A stretch of DNA of 64,000 nucleotides from Betaproteobacteria bacterium (GCA_029883975.1 JAOUIL010000007.1:1627-65626); one strand, 5' to 3'; counted from the first letter of the stretch, positions 36,340-46,361 are shown. A program made the numbers and translations. Notes: generated by a model from the letters alone, not told the origin.

Positions 36340-37290
36340 CTAGGCGCGGATCGGCTCGATCGGCTCCACGCCCCGCCAGGCGCCCGAGTCGATGAGCGCC
36401 TGCGCGGTGTCCTTCAGCTCCGCGGCGACCATCGCCGCAGCCGGCGACAGGCGCTCGCGCGCGAGCGAGTAGAGGTAGTTCGGCCGGCGCATGCGCGCGC
36501 CCGTCACCGACAGCGCGCGCCATTCACGGCCGCGCTCGCCCTCCAGGAAGATGGCAGCCATCGGCTTGATGGTCGCACCCATCCCGTCGTAAACGCAGTG
36601 CATGAGCAGGGACAGCGAGTCGATCTCGGCGACCACGCGCGCCGAGAGGTGGCGCTGCTCGAACTCCGCGGCGATGCGCCGCCGCAGCCCGTGGGTGCCG
36701 GTCGGCAGGATGAGCGGCAGCGCGGCGGCTTCCTCGATGGTGAGGCTCGTGCGCCGCGGCGCGACGAGCGGGCTCGCCTTCGGCAGGATGACGAACAGCT
36801 CCTCCTCCAGCAGCGGCTCCACCGACAGGTCGAAGGCGACGTCGCTCGCGAACAGCACCGCGAGGTCGAGCTGGCCGAGGCGCATCATCTGCCCGAGGTG
36901 GCCGCTCATGCCTTCCACCACGTTGAGCATCACGTTCGGGTAGCGCTCGCGGATGCGGCGCACGAGCGGCAGGCCGAGCGCAGCCACTGTGGTGGCCGGC
37001 AGCCCGACCGACACCATGCCCTGCACGGCGCCGGATTCCTGGCGTGCAATGGACAGCGCCTGATCGAGCTGGCGCAGCATGAAGCGCGCATGGTGGTAGA
37101 GCGCGAGCCCGTTCTCGGTCGGTGCCACGCCGCGCGAGGAGCGGTTGAGCAGCGGCCTGCCCACCTCCTCCTCGAGCTTGCTCACCTGCTGGCTGAGCGC
37201 GGGCTGGGCGATGAAGAGCTGGCGCGAGGCCTTGGAGAGGCTGCCGCTCTCGACGATCTGGGCGAAATAGCGAAGCTGGCGCAGGTCCAC
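36340..37290 (-). CDS. LysR-family transcriptional regulator
   Basis: GTG 37290 is preceded by the RBS GGGAGGAGGA. The protein starts VDLRQLRYFAQIVESGSLSKASRQLFIAQPALSQQV. The track start at 37341 is probably too long. Confidence 0.85.
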   Translation of the reverse strand: MDLRQLRYFAQIVESGSLSKASRQLFIAQPALSQQVSKLEEEVGRPLLNRSSRGVAPTENGLALYHHARFMLRQLDQALSIARQESGAVQGMVSVGLPATTVAALGLPLVRRIRERYPNVMLNVVEGMSGHLGQMMRLGQLDLAVLFASDVAFDLSVEPLLEEELFVILPKASPLVAPRRTSLTIEEAAALPLILPTGTHGLRRRIAAEFEQRHLSARVVAEIDSLSLLMHCVYDGMGATIKPMAAIFLEGERGREWRALSVTGARMRRPNYLYSLARERLSPAAAMVAAELKDTAQALIDSGAWRGVEPIEPIRA

Positions 37291-37325
37291 CGGGTTCCTC
37301 CTCCCAAGGCGTTCCGGATATAGCT

Positions 37326-37973
37326 TCAGCTTATACCGCAATCGCCTCGCGCCGCGTAGACCAGGCGGTACGCGGCGCGTTGCGCCACCTGCGCCGGGCG
37401 CAGGGCCGCCTCCAGCGCGGATAGCACGTCCAGCGCCTCCTGTGCTTCATTGGTGTCGACGAGGGCAGCCCAGGCGACGCTCGCGTCGCCGCCGCGCAGC
37501 GCGCCTTCCGCCGTGGACCGCGCGACCAGTGCCGGGTCCTCGGGGAGCAGCCAGCGGCAGCGCAGCACGCCGGGGCGCTGCAGCAATTGGGAGAACACCC
37601 TTGCCGGATCCGGTGGAGCGCCGGCGCCCGCCAGGGTTGCAAGGTGGCCGCCTTCCGGCACGCCCTGCTGCAGCGCAAGTCGGCACACGGTGCGCGACAT
37701 GTTGCGGTAGGTGGGCATGATCTCGCGGGTGCGCGGCGACGGCGATTCCAGGCGTGCGCGATAGGCGGCGGAGGACAGCACCGCGGGGGTTCGCGTGCGA
37801 TACAGGCTGAGGAACTGCCGGCCTTCGCCGCCCGCGAGCCGGTAGCGGTGCGCCGAGAGGAAGCCCTCGACCGACAGGCGCTCGGCGTGGTGCTCGGTGT
37901 TGTACCAGTGGGAGACCTCGGCCTCCTTGCCGGGTACGACGTCGTGCCAGATGGCGAGCAGCCCTTCGTGCAT
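37326..37973 (-). CDS. hypothetical protein (two-repeat alpha+beta, family not recognised)
   Basis: 215-aa ORF directly upstream of the LysR gene on the same strand. I preferred it over the alternative-frame ORF 37331..37984, which is Arg/Pro/Ala-rich. Confidence 0.4.
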   Translation of the reverse strand: MHEGLLAIWHDVVPGKEAEVSHWYNTEHHAERLSVEGFLSAHRYRLAGGEGRQFLSLYRTRTPAVLSSAAYRARLESPSPRTREIMPTYRNMSRTVCRLALQQGVPEGGHLATLAGAGAPPDPARVFSQLLQRPGVLRCRWLLPEDPALVARSTAEGALRGGDASVAWAALVDTNEAQEALDVLSALEAALRPAQVAQRAAYRLVYAARGDCGIS

Positions 37974-37989
37974 CGGGCATTCATCGTAA

Positions 37990-38010
37990 GCTATAAGCTG
38001 GCGCTATAGC
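37990..38010. promoter_or_regulatory. dyad GCTATA-N9-TATAGC, candidate operator in a divergent control region
   Basis: Perfect 6-bp inverted repeat in the 98-bp AT-richer spacer between 37973 (minus-strand operon including LysR) and 38072 (cupin/ABC operon). Confidence 0.3.
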
Positions 38011-38071
38011 CAGCCTCACTAAACCGTATTTCACCCCGCGCAGCCATGTTCCTAGACTTCGGAGCACGCCC

Positions 38072-38476
38072 ATGAAGAAGCCCGCACGCAAGCGCCGCGA
38101 CACCGCATTCGTCGAGCAGATGGCGCGCGTCGCCTGGAAGGAGTTCCCGGGCCACTTCGGCGGCGCGCTGTCCAAGATGCTCGCCGGCCCGGACAACACG
38201 GGCTCCGCGCTCATCGACTTTCGCATTTCGCGCTACGCACCCAACGCCTACGTCGCCGAGCATGCGCACAAGGTGCAGGAGCAGATCTACTACGTGCTGG
38301 AAGGCGAAGGCGTGCTGACCGTGGGCGAGGAACGCCATCTGATGCGGCCGCACGACTACGTCTACCTGCCGCCTGGCGTGCCGCACAGCTTCACCAATAC
38401 CGGCACCGCCGGGCTCGTCTTCTTCGTGGTGACGACGCCGGCGCACGACGAACCACACCCCAAGGGAGGGAAGTGA
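38072..38476 (+). CDS. cupin domain protein
   Basis: 134 aa with cupin motif 1 (AEHAHKVQEQIYYVLEGEG) and motif 2 (YLPPGVPHSFTN). Confidence 0.75.
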   Translation: MKKPARKRRDTAFVEQMARVAWKEFPGHFGGALSKMLAGPDNTGSALIDFRISRYAPNAYVAEHAHKVQEQIYYVLEGEGVLTVGEERHLMRPHDYVYLPPGVPHSFTNTGTAGLVFFVVTTPAHDEPHPKGGK

Positions 38477-38478
38477 GC

Positions 38479-39705
38479 ATGACCACCAGAAGAGAGCTGC
38501 TGAAGGCGGGAACCGCGGGCGCGCTCGCGCTCGGCTTCCCCGCCATCGTCAAGGCGCAATCCGCCGCCATCAAGATCGGGCACCTGACGCCGATGACCGG
38601 ATTCCTCGGCGCGCTCGGCGTGTACGCCGTGAAGGGCATCCAGATCGCCGCCGAGGAGATCAACGCCGCGGGCGGTGTCATGGGCCGCAAGCTCGACGTG
38701 ATGTCGGAGGACTCCGTCAACCCGGCCACCGCCTCGACCAAGGCGCAGCGCATGTTCGAGCAGGACAAGGTCGACGTGCTGATGGGCGAGATCAACTCCG
38801 CTTCGGCCAAGACCATCATGCAGGTCGCGGACCGCAACAAGCGCCTGTTCATGCAGATCGGCGCGCGCTCGGACGTGCTGCGCGGCAAGGACTGCAACCG
38901 TTACACCTTCCACGTCGACATCCCGGTCACGGTGATGGTGAACGCGGCCGGCCAGGCGCTGGCGCGCGAGGGCTACATCAAGGGCAAGAAGATCTACTTC
39001 CTCACCTCCGATTACCTCTTCGGCCACGACCTGGCCAAGGCGGCGAAGGCGTTCTGCGCCGCGAACGGCGGCACGGTCGTCGGCGACGAGCTCACGGCGA
39101 CCGACACCACCGACTTCAGCCCGTTCCTGCTGAAGATCCGCCAGGCGAAGCCCGACCTCGTGGCGACCAATCTCGGCGGCAACCAGGTCACCAACTTCGT
39201 CAAGCAGTACGCCGAGTTCGGCCTGCCCTTCCAGGTCGCGGGCTTCAACCTGAACACCGCGGACGCCTGGGCGGCGGGCGACGGCAACCTCGCGGGCATC
39301 TGGCCCACCGTCTGGCACCACGAGCTCGACACCCCGGGCTCGAAGGCCTTCGTCGCCAAGTTCCGCAAGATCCACGGCCAGCCGCCGGAGAACCACGCCT
39401 GGATCGAGTACGTGTCGCTGAAGGTCATGGCGCAGGCGATGAACGAAACCAAGTCGGTGGACACCGAGAAGCTCATCAAGTACTTCGAGAGCGGCGCGCA
39501 GTTCGACCTGCTGAAGAAGAGGAACGGCTACTTCCGTTCCTGGGACCACCAGATGATCCAGGAGGCCTATCCCTTCTCCGTGAAGCCCAAGGGCCAGGCA
39601 AAGGACAAGTGGGACTTCCTCAAGTTCGGCGCGGCGGTGCCGGCGCCGGACCAGCCGCTGGAGAGCATCAACCCGCCCAAGTCGGCGAACGCCTGCGTGC
39701 TGTAA
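38479..39705 (+). CDS. ABC transporter substrate-binding protein (LivK family) with a Tat-like signal
   Basis: The RBS GGGAGGGA lies 8 nt before ATG 38479. The protein starts MTTRRELLKAGTAGALALGFPAIVKAQ, followed by a type I PBP fold. Confidence 0.85.
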   Translation: MTTRRELLKAGTAGALALGFPAIVKAQSAAIKIGHLTPMTGFLGALGVYAVKGIQIAAEEINAAGGVMGRKLDVMSEDSVNPATASTKAQRMFEQDKVDVLMGEINSASAKTIMQVADRNKRLFMQIGARSDVLRGKDCNRYTFHVDIPVTVMVNAAGQALAREGYIKGKKIYFLTSDYLFGHDLAKAAKAFCAANGGTVVGDELTATDTTDFSPFLLKIRQAKPDLVATNLGGNQVTNFVKQYAEFGLPFQVAGFNLNTADAWAAGDGNLAGIWPTVWHHELDTPGSKAFVAKFRKIHGQPPENHAWIEYVSLKVMAQAMNETKSVDTEKLIKYFESGAQFDLLKKRNGYFRSWDHQMIQEAYPFSVKPKGQAKDKWDFLKFGAAVPAPDQPLESINPPKSANACVL

Positions 39706-39758
39706 GCCCGCGCCTCGCGCGGCGGCGACGGTGCTCGCCGCCGCCGCGCGGCTGATCC

Positions 39759-40634
39759 ATGCAGCTGCTCTTTCTCCTCGAGCAGGTCGTCAACGGCCTG
39801 GTCCTCGGCGGGTATTACCTGCTGATCGCGCTCGGCCTGTCGCTCATCTTCAGCGTGGGCGGGGTGGTGAACCTCGCCCACGGCGCGTTCTACGCGCTCG
39901 GCGCCTATGTGTCGCTCGAGATCGCCCGGCGCCTGGGCTTCGGCGCGGGCGTGGCGCTCTCGCCGGTGGTGGTGGCGCTGCTCGGCATCGCCTTCGAGCG
40001 CTTCATCCTGCGCCGCTTCTACACGGCCGACCCGATCCTGAGCCTGCTCGTCACTTTCGGACTCGCGCTCGTCGCCGAGCAGGCGATCCGCATCGCCTGG
40101 GGCGCGGCGCCGCTGCCCGCGTCGATGCCGCAGGCCTTCAAGGGCGCGGTCGTGCTCGGCGATTTCCTGTTCTCGAAGTACCGCCTGTTTCTCCTCGCGG
40201 TGGTGGCGACGGTGCTCGCGGGCATCTGGCTGCTGCTCAACAAGACCGCCTTCGGCCGCGTGGTGCGCGCGGGCATCCAGCGTCCCGACATGGTGGCGGC
40301 GCTCGGCATCCGCCTGCAGCCCTACATGACGACCATCGTCATGCTCGGCGTGGGCATGGCGGCGCTCGGCGGGGCGTTGTTCGCCCCGATCGTCATCGTG
40401 CATCCGGCGATGGGCGCGGAGATTCTCACCGTCGCGTTCGTCGTCGTGGTGATCGGCGGCCTCGGCAGCTTCTGGGGCGTGGTGCTCGCGGCGCTGCTGG
40501 TGGGCGTGGTGCGCGGCATCACCACGCACTTCGTGCCGGCGGCGAGCGAGGCCTCGATGTACCTCCTCATGTTCCTCGTGCTGATGTTCCGCCCGCGCGG
40601 GCTGCTCGGCGAGCGCATCGAGAAGTTCGAATGA
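39759..40634 (+). CDS. branched-chain amino acid-type ABC permease (LivH-like)
   Basis: 291 aa containing GVVNLAHGAFYALGAY. Confidence 0.9.
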   Translation: MQLLFLLEQVVNGLVLGGYYLLIALGLSLIFSVGGVVNLAHGAFYALGAYVSLEIARRLGFGAGVALSPVVVALLGIAFERFILRRFYTADPILSLLVTFGLALVAEQAIRIAWGAAPLPASMPQAFKGAVVLGDFLFSKYRLFLLAVVATVLAGIWLLLNKTAFGRVVRAGIQRPDMVAALGIRLQPYMTTIVMLGVGMAALGGALFAPIVIVHPAMGAEILTVAFVVVVIGGLGSFWGVVLAALLVGVVRGITTHFVPAASEASMYLLMFLVLMFRPRGLLGERIEKFE

Positions 40635-43144
40635 ACCGCGCGCGGACCCTCGTCATCGGCGCAGGCGTGCTCGTCGCGCTGCCCTTCGTCCTGCACGCGA
40701 TGGGCCTCGCGGTGAATACCGCGACGCAGATCGTGACGCTCGCCATCGCGGCGCTCGGCCTGAACATGCTGGTGGGCTTCACGGGCCTCACCTCCTTCGG
40801 CCACAGCACCTGGTTCGGCATCGGCGCCTACGCCGCCGCGATCTCGCAGAAGCACTGGTTTCCCGGGCAGATCGCACTGCCGCTCGCTTTCTCGGTGGCC
40901 TTCGTCGCGCTGCTTTCGCTCACGGTGGGCGCGCTCGTCCTGCGCCGGCGCGGCGTGTACTTCGCGCTGCTGACGCTCGCGCTGTCCGCGCTCACCTACA
41001 CGGTCGCCTTCCGCTGGACCGAGCTCACCGGGGGCGAGGACGGGCTGGGCGGCCTGTCGCGCGGCGGCATCCCGGCGGTGCCGCTCGACGACAGCCGCGT
41101 CTACTACGCGTTCGTCGCGCTCGTCGCCTTCGGCGTGCTCTTCGCGCTGGTGCGCGTGCTGCGCTCGCCGTTCGGCCACGTGCTGGTCGCGATCCGCGAG
41201 AACCAGCAGCGCGCCACCTTCCAGGGTTATGCGGTGGACCGCTACCGGCTCGCGGTGTTCGTGCTCTCGGCGGTGGTCACGGGCCTCGGGGGCGTGCTGC
41301 AGGGCTTCCTCAACTATCTCGTGTCCGCCGAGTCGGTGTCGGTACCGTTCTCGGGCGAGCTGCTGGCCATGGTGGTGATCGGCGGCATGCACCACGTGCT
41401 CGGCCCCGCGCTCGGCGTGCTGTTCTACGTCTCCTTCCGCGAGCTGTTTTCCATCTGGACGGGGAACTGGCTGCTCTGGTTCGGCCTGGTTTTCGTCGGG
41501 TTCGTGCTCTTTTCGCCCGCGGGGCTCGCGGGCATCTGGGCGAAGATCCGCCGGCGCCTGCGCCCGCCGCCGCCCGAGTCCGCGGCGATGAGCCGGCGCA
41601 AGGTGTACGAGGGCCTGCCGCTGCCCGCTTTCCTGCGCCCCGCGCAGCAGGCCGGCACGGTGCTCGAGCTACGCAGCGTGCAGAAGCACTTCGGCGGCAT
41701 CCGCGCGGTGGCCGAGGCGAGCCTGACGGTGCGCGCGGGCGAGATCCACGCGTTGATCGGCCCGAACGGCGCGGGCAAGACCACGCTGTTCAACCTCGCC
41801 TCGGGCCTGTATCCGCCCGATGCGGGCGCGGTCGCGCTGCACGGCCTCGAGATCCACGGGCTGCCCGCGCACCGCATCTGCCGCGAGGGCCTCGCGCGCT
41901 CGTTCCAGATCACGAATCTGTTCAAGGGCCTCACGATCTACGAGAACCTGCGCCTCTCGGTGCAGGCGAAGCATGCGGCGCGCTTCAACGCCTGGCGCGA
42001 CATCGACAGCTACGCCGACATCCATGCCGAGACGCAGGAACTCGCGAGGTTCCTGGGGCTGGAAGGCATCGAGGAAATCCAGGGCGGGGAGCTCTCCTAT
42101 GGCGGGCAGCGCCTGCTCGATCTCGGCATCGCGCTCGGCTCGAAGCCGGGCGTGCTGCTGCTCGACGAGCCGCTCGCCGGCCTGGCGGCCGCCGAGCGCG
42201 AGCGCGTGAGCGCGCTGGTGAAGAGCGTGGGCGCGGCGCTGCCCGTGCTGATCGTCGAGCACGACATCGACCGCGTGCTCGGCCTCTCGCAGACCGTCAC
42301 CGTGATGAACCAGGGCGAGGTGCTGATGAGCGGCACGCCCGAGGCGGTGCGCGCCGACCGGCGCGTGCAGGAGGTCTATACCGGGACCGGCACGCCGCCC
42401 GTCACGCACCGCAGCGCGCAAGCCGCGGGCGCGCCGCTGCTCGGCTTCGAGCGCGTGAACACCTTCTACGGCAAGAGCCACATCCTGTGCGACGCGAGCC
42501 TCGACGTGCGCGAGGGCGAGATCGTGGCGCTGCTCGGCCGCAACGGCGCCGGGAAGTCGACGCTGCTGAAGACGCTCGCGGGCCTCGTGCCCGCCTCCTC
42601 GGGGACGATCGAGTTCGAGGGCCGCGGCATCGCCGGCCTCGCGGCGCACGAGATCGCGCGCCGCGGCATCGGCTACGTGCCGCAGGGCCGGGGGCTGTTC
42701 GCCGGCATGACGGTGGCCGACAACCTCGCGCTCGGCCGCCTCGCGCGCGCGACCGACGGGCGCCACGGGGTCGCGTGGAGCGAGCAGAGAATCTTCGAGT
42801 ACTTCCCGCGGCTGAAGGAGCGCATGCACGTCGCCGCCGACTACCTGTCCGGCGGCGAGCAGCAGATGGCCGCCGTGGCGCGCGCGCTCTCGGGCAACGT
42901 GAAGCTGCTGCTGCTCGACGAGCCCTTCGAGGGCCTTGCGCCTGCGATCGTGCAGGAGCTGTTCGCCGTGTTCGACGCCTTGCGCGGCCAGACCTCGATC
43001 GTCATCGTCGAGCACAACCTCGACCTCGTGCTCGCGCTCGCCGACCGCGTGTTCGCGCTCGAGCGCGGCGCCGTGTTCCACCAGGGGCCGGCCGCGCCCC
43101 TCCTCAAGGACCTCGACTACAGGAAGAAGATCCTATGGCTATGA
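40631..43144 (+). CDS. fused ABC transporter protein: LivM-like permease + LivG-like ATPase + LivF-like ATPase in one 837-aa ORF
   Basis: ATG 40631 overlaps the LivH-like stop (ATGA). There is no stop codon through the permease (VGFTGLTSFGHSTWFGIGAY), the first NBD (GPNGAGKTT ... LLLDEPLAGL) and the second NBD (GRNGAGKST ... LSGGEQQM ... LLLDEPFEGL). Confidence 0.8.
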   Translation: MNRARTLVIGAGVLVALPFVLHAMGLAVNTATQIVTLAIAALGLNMLVGFTGLTSFGHSTWFGIGAYAAAISQKHWFPGQIALPLAFSVAFVALLSLTVGALVLRRRGVYFALLTLALSALTYTVAFRWTELTGGEDGLGGLSRGGIPAVPLDDSRVYYAFVALVAFGVLFALVRVLRSPFGHVLVAIRENQQRATFQGYAVDRYRLAVFVLSAVVTGLGGVLQGFLNYLVSAESVSVPFSGELLAMVVIGGMHHVLGPALGVLFYVSFRELFSIWTGNWLLWFGLVFVGFVLFSPAGLAGIWAKIRRRLRPPPPESAAMSRRKVYEGLPLPAFLRPAQQAGTVLELRSVQKHFGGIRAVAEASLTVRAGEIHALIGPNGAGKTTLFNLASGLYPPDAGAVALHGLEIHGLPAHRICREGLARSFQITNLFKGLTIYENLRLSVQAKHAARFNAWRDIDSYADIHAETQELARFLGLEGIEEIQGGELSYGGQRLLDLGIALGSKPGVLLLDEPLAGLAAAERERVSALVKSVGAALPVLIVEHDIDRVLGLSQTVTVMNQGEVLMSGTPEAVRADRRVQEVYTGTGTPPVTHRSAQAAGAPLLGFERVNTFYGKSHILCDASLDVREGEIVALLGRNGAGKSTLLKTLAGLVPASSGTIEFEGRGIAGLAAHEIARRGIGYVPQGRGLFAGMTVADNLALGRLARATDGRHGVAWSEQRIFEYFPRLKERMHVAADYLSGGEQQMAAVARALSGNVKLLLLDEPFEGLAPAIVQELFAVFDALRGQTSIVIVEHNLDLVLALADRVFALERGAVFHQGPAAPLLKDLDYRKKILWL

Positions 43145-44565
43145 CTCCGCAGGCGCTGCTCCTCGACGGGCAATGGGCGGCCGGCAAGGGCGCGCCGCTC
43201 GTCGTGATGGACAAGTACCGGCTCGCGCCCGGCGCCGAGGTCGCCACGCCCGACGCGGCGCAGGCGAAGCGCGCGGTGGACGCCGCGCACGCCGCGTTCC
43301 GGCGCGGCGCGCCCGGGCCCTACGAGCGCGGCGCGATCCTCGAGCGCGCCGCGGCGCTGCTCGAGCCGAAGGCCGAAGAGTTCGTGCGCATCATGCAGAT
43401 GGAGGCGGGCTTCACCGCCGCGGATGCGCAGGGCGAGGTGCGCCGCTGCGTGCAGACGCTCAAGCTCTCCGCCGAGGAGGCGCGGCGCCTCGCGGGCGAG
43501 GTCATTCCGCTCGCCGGCGCGCCGCAGCAGGCCGGGCGCCTGGGCTTCACGCTGCGCGTGCCGCTCGGCGTGGTGCTGGCGATCACGCCGTTCAATTCGC
43601 CGCTCAACACCGTGGCGCACAAGATCGCGCCCGCCTTCGCCGCGGGCAACGCCGTGATCCTGAAGCCCTCGTCGGCCACGCCGCTCACCGCCTTCAAGCT
43701 GGCCGAGGTGCTGCTCGAGGCGGGACTGCCGGCGGGCTTCCTTTCGGTGATTCCCGGCAGCGCGCAGGTCGCCGCGTGGCTGATCGCGGACGAGCGCGTG
43801 CGCTTTTTCGCCTTCACCGGCAGCACCGAGGTGGGCCGCAGCATCCAGGCGCGCGCGGGCCTGCGGCGCACGCAGATGGAGCTCGGCTCGATCGCGTTCA
43901 CGATCCTCGCCGACGACGCGAACCTCGAAGCGGCGTTGCCCAAGGTGGTGAACGCGGGCTACCGCAAGGCGGGGCAGGTGTGCACCTCGGTGCAGCTGCT
44001 GCTCGCGCACCGCTCGCTCGCCGGCGAGGTCGAGCGCCAGCTCGCGCACAAGGTGCGCGCGCTCAAGCACGGGGACCCGCGCGACCCCGAGACCTTCGTC
44101 GGGCCGCTGATCAGCGAGAAGGAGGCGATCCGCGTCGACAACTGGATCGAGGAGGCGGTGGCGAAAGGCGCGCAGCGGCTCGCGGGCGGGCCGCGCAAGG
44201 GCGCCTCGATTCCGCCCGCGCTGCTCAGCGGCATCGACGACACGATGAAGGTGGGCTGCCAGGAGGTGTTCGGGCCGCTGGTGTGCATCGTGCCGTTCGA
44301 CACGCTCGACGAGGCGATCGCGCGTGTGAACGCCACGCCCTACGGGCTCGCCACCGGCATGTTCACCAACCGGCTGGAAGACGCCTTCAAGGCCGCGCGC
44401 CGGCTCGAGGTGGGCGGCGTGCACGTGAACGAGACGTCCAGCTCGCGCGTCGACCTGATGCCCTACGGCGGCTCGAAAGAGAGCGGCTTCGGGCGCGAGG
44501 GCCCGCGCTATGCTGTGCACGAGATGACCGAAGAGCGCATCGTCACCTTCACGTTGAACGCGTAG
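43141..44565 (+). CDS. NAD(P)-dependent aldehyde dehydrogenase
   Basis: ATG 43141 overlaps the upstream stop (ATGA); an alternative ATG is at 43135. FTGSTEVG, the catalytic Glu region MELGS and the Cys region GQVCTSV are present. Confidence 0.85.
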   Translation: MTPQALLLDGQWAAGKGAPLVVMDKYRLAPGAEVATPDAAQAKRAVDAAHAAFRRGAPGPYERGAILERAAALLEPKAEEFVRIMQMEAGFTAADAQGEVRRCVQTLKLSAEEARRLAGEVIPLAGAPQQAGRLGFTLRVPLGVVLAITPFNSPLNTVAHKIAPAFAAGNAVILKPSSATPLTAFKLAEVLLEAGLPAGFLSVIPGSAQVAAWLIADERVRFFAFTGSTEVGRSIQARAGLRRTQMELGSIAFTILADDANLEAALPKVVNAGYRKAGQVCTSVQLLLAHRSLAGEVERQLAHKVRALKHGDPRDPETFVGPLISEKEAIRVDNWIEEAVAKGAQRLAGGPRKGASIPPALLSGIDDTMKVGCQEVFGPLVCIVPFDTLDEAIARVNATPYGLATGMFTNRLEDAFKAARRLEVGGVHVNETSSSRVDLMPYGGSKESGFGREGPRYAVHEMTEERIVTFTLNA

Positions 44566-44575
44566 GAGCATCGCC

Positions 44576-46360
44576 ATGGCCAGGATGAAAGGCGGCGAGC
44601 TGATCGCCGAGTACCTGATCAAGCAGAAGGTGCCGTACCTGTTCGGCATCTGCGGGCACGGCAACGTGGGGATCCTCGACCCGCTGTACGCGGTGCGCGA
44701 CAAGCTGAAGCTCGTCTCTCCGCGCCACGAGCAGTGCGCGGGGCACATGGCCGACGGCTACTTCCGCGTGAGGCACCAGCCGGTGGCGACGCTCACCTCC
44801 ACGGGCCCGGGCTCGGCGAACCTCGTGATGTCGCTCGCCACGGCGCTTTCGGACTCCTCGGCTTTCCTCGCCATCACCTCGAACGTGCCCACCTCGCAGA
44901 TGAACCGCGCGCCGTTCCAGGAAATCTACAAGCACAACCAGGCCGACTTCCCGTCGGTGGTGCGCCCGGTGGTGAAGCGCGCCTTCCAGCCCACGCGCGT
45001 GGACATGCTGCCGCTCGCGCTACGCCAGGGCTTCGACACCATGGTGACCGGGCGCCCCGGGCCGGTGAACATCGACGTGCCGTACAACGTGTACCAGGAA
45101 GAGGACGACGTCGAGCTGCCGGCGGCGTCGCACGTGATGGGGCAGCACCGCCCCGGCGCGTCGGACGCCGACATCGCCAGGGTGGTGGACATGCTGGCGG
45201 ACGCGGTGCGCCCCGTGATGTTCATCGGCCACGGCGCGACGCTCTCGGAAGCGGGGCCCGAGATCACACAACTGCAGCAGTCCTACGGCATCCCGGTCAT
45301 CACCTCGCCGAACGGCATGGGCTGCGTGCCCGCGGACGACCCGCTCACGCTCGGCTTCATCGGCAGGTACGGCGCCTATCCGGCGAACCAGGCCGGGCGC
45401 CACGCGGACCTCGTCCTCACGATCGGCACGCGGTTCGACGACCGCTCCTCCTCGAGCTGGCATCCGGGCTACTCGTGGAATTTCCCCAAGACCAGGCTCG
45501 TGCACGTCGACCTCGACCCGCAGGAGCTCGGCCGCAACTATCCGCCGACGCTGGGCATCATCGCCGACGCCAAGGTGTTCGCCGCGCAACTGCTCGCGGC
45601 GCTCGGGCTGCGCGAGCAGCGCGGCGCGCCGCCGCTGAAGAAGCAGCTCTCCGAGTGGCGCGCCGAGGTGGACGCCTGGAACAGGGAGTGGGAGGCGTTC
45701 GTGCGGCCCAACTTCGGCAAGCGCACCTCGCCGCTGCGGCCCGAGTACGTGGTGGACGCGCTGCAGAAGGTCCTGCCCGACGATGCGATCCTCACTTGCG
45801 ACTCGGGCGTGCACCACAACTGGTTCATGCAGTTCTGGCGCCCGAGGCGCGCGCAGTCGATGCTGAACAGCTGGGGCTACTCCTCGATGGGCTTCGGCGT
45901 GTGCAGCGTGATGGGCGCGCAGCTCGCGGCGCCCGAGCGGCCGTGCATCTCGGTGTGCGGCGACGGCGGCTTCTCCATGACGCCGTACGTCGTGGCCACG
46001 GCGGTCGAGTACGGCCTGCCGTGCATCTGGCTGGTGTGGAACAACTTCAGCTGGGCGGCGATCCGCGACATCCAGGTCGGCATGTTCGGCAACCGGCAGC
46101 TGGGCACGTACTTCGAGAAGGACAGGAAACCGTACAACCCGGACTTTGCCGCCTGGGCGCGCGCCTGCGGCGCCGATGGCCTCACCATCACGAAGAGCGA
46201 GGACCTCGCGGGCGCCCTGCAGCAGGCGATCAGGAACAAGCGCCCCTGCGTGCTCGACGTGCACGTCGACGCGGAAGTGCGCCCGCCGTCCACCGGCACC
46301 TGGGAGCTGCCGCCGACGCCTTACAAGGAACCCGCTTTCGGCAAACCCTGGGTGGCATGA
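44576..46360 (+). CDS. thiamine diphosphate-dependent enzyme (acetolactate synthase-like family, specificity unknown)
   Basis: 594 aa preceded by the RBS AGGAG. Contains TGPGSANL and the ThDP motif CGDGGFSM...NN. Confidence 0.85.
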   Translation: MARMKGGELIAEYLIKQKVPYLFGICGHGNVGILDPLYAVRDKLKLVSPRHEQCAGHMADGYFRVRHQPVATLTSTGPGSANLVMSLATALSDSSAFLAITSNVPTSQMNRAPFQEIYKHNQADFPSVVRPVVKRAFQPTRVDMLPLALRQGFDTMVTGRPGPVNIDVPYNVYQEEDDVELPAASHVMGQHRPGASDADIARVVDMLADAVRPVMFIGHGATLSEAGPEITQLQQSYGIPVITSPNGMGCVPADDPLTLGFIGRYGAYPANQAGRHADLVLTIGTRFDDRSSSSWHPGYSWNFPKTRLVHVDLDPQELGRNYPPTLGIIADAKVFAAQLLAALGLREQRGAPPLKKQLSEWRAEVDAWNREWEAFVRPNFGKRTSPLRPEYVVDALQKVLPDDAILTCDSGVHHNWFMQFWRPRRAQSMLNSWGYSSMGFGVCSVMGAQLAAPERPCISVCGDGGFSMTPYVVATAVEYGLPCIWLVWNNFSWAAIRDIQVGMFGNRQLGTYFEKDRKPYNPDFAAWARACGADGLTITKSEDLAGALQQAIRNKRPCVLDVHVDAEVRPPSTGTWELPPTPYKEPAFGKPWVA

Positions 46361-46361
46361 C

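Noticed and set aside
37331-37984. 217-aa alternative-frame ORF, plus 37447..37980, overlapping the hypothetical gene 37326..37973.
   Set aside because: Their translations are Arg/Pro/Ala-rich. The 37326..37973 frame gives a balanced composition with aromatic and hydrophobic periodicity. Even so, the chosen frame has only modest support.
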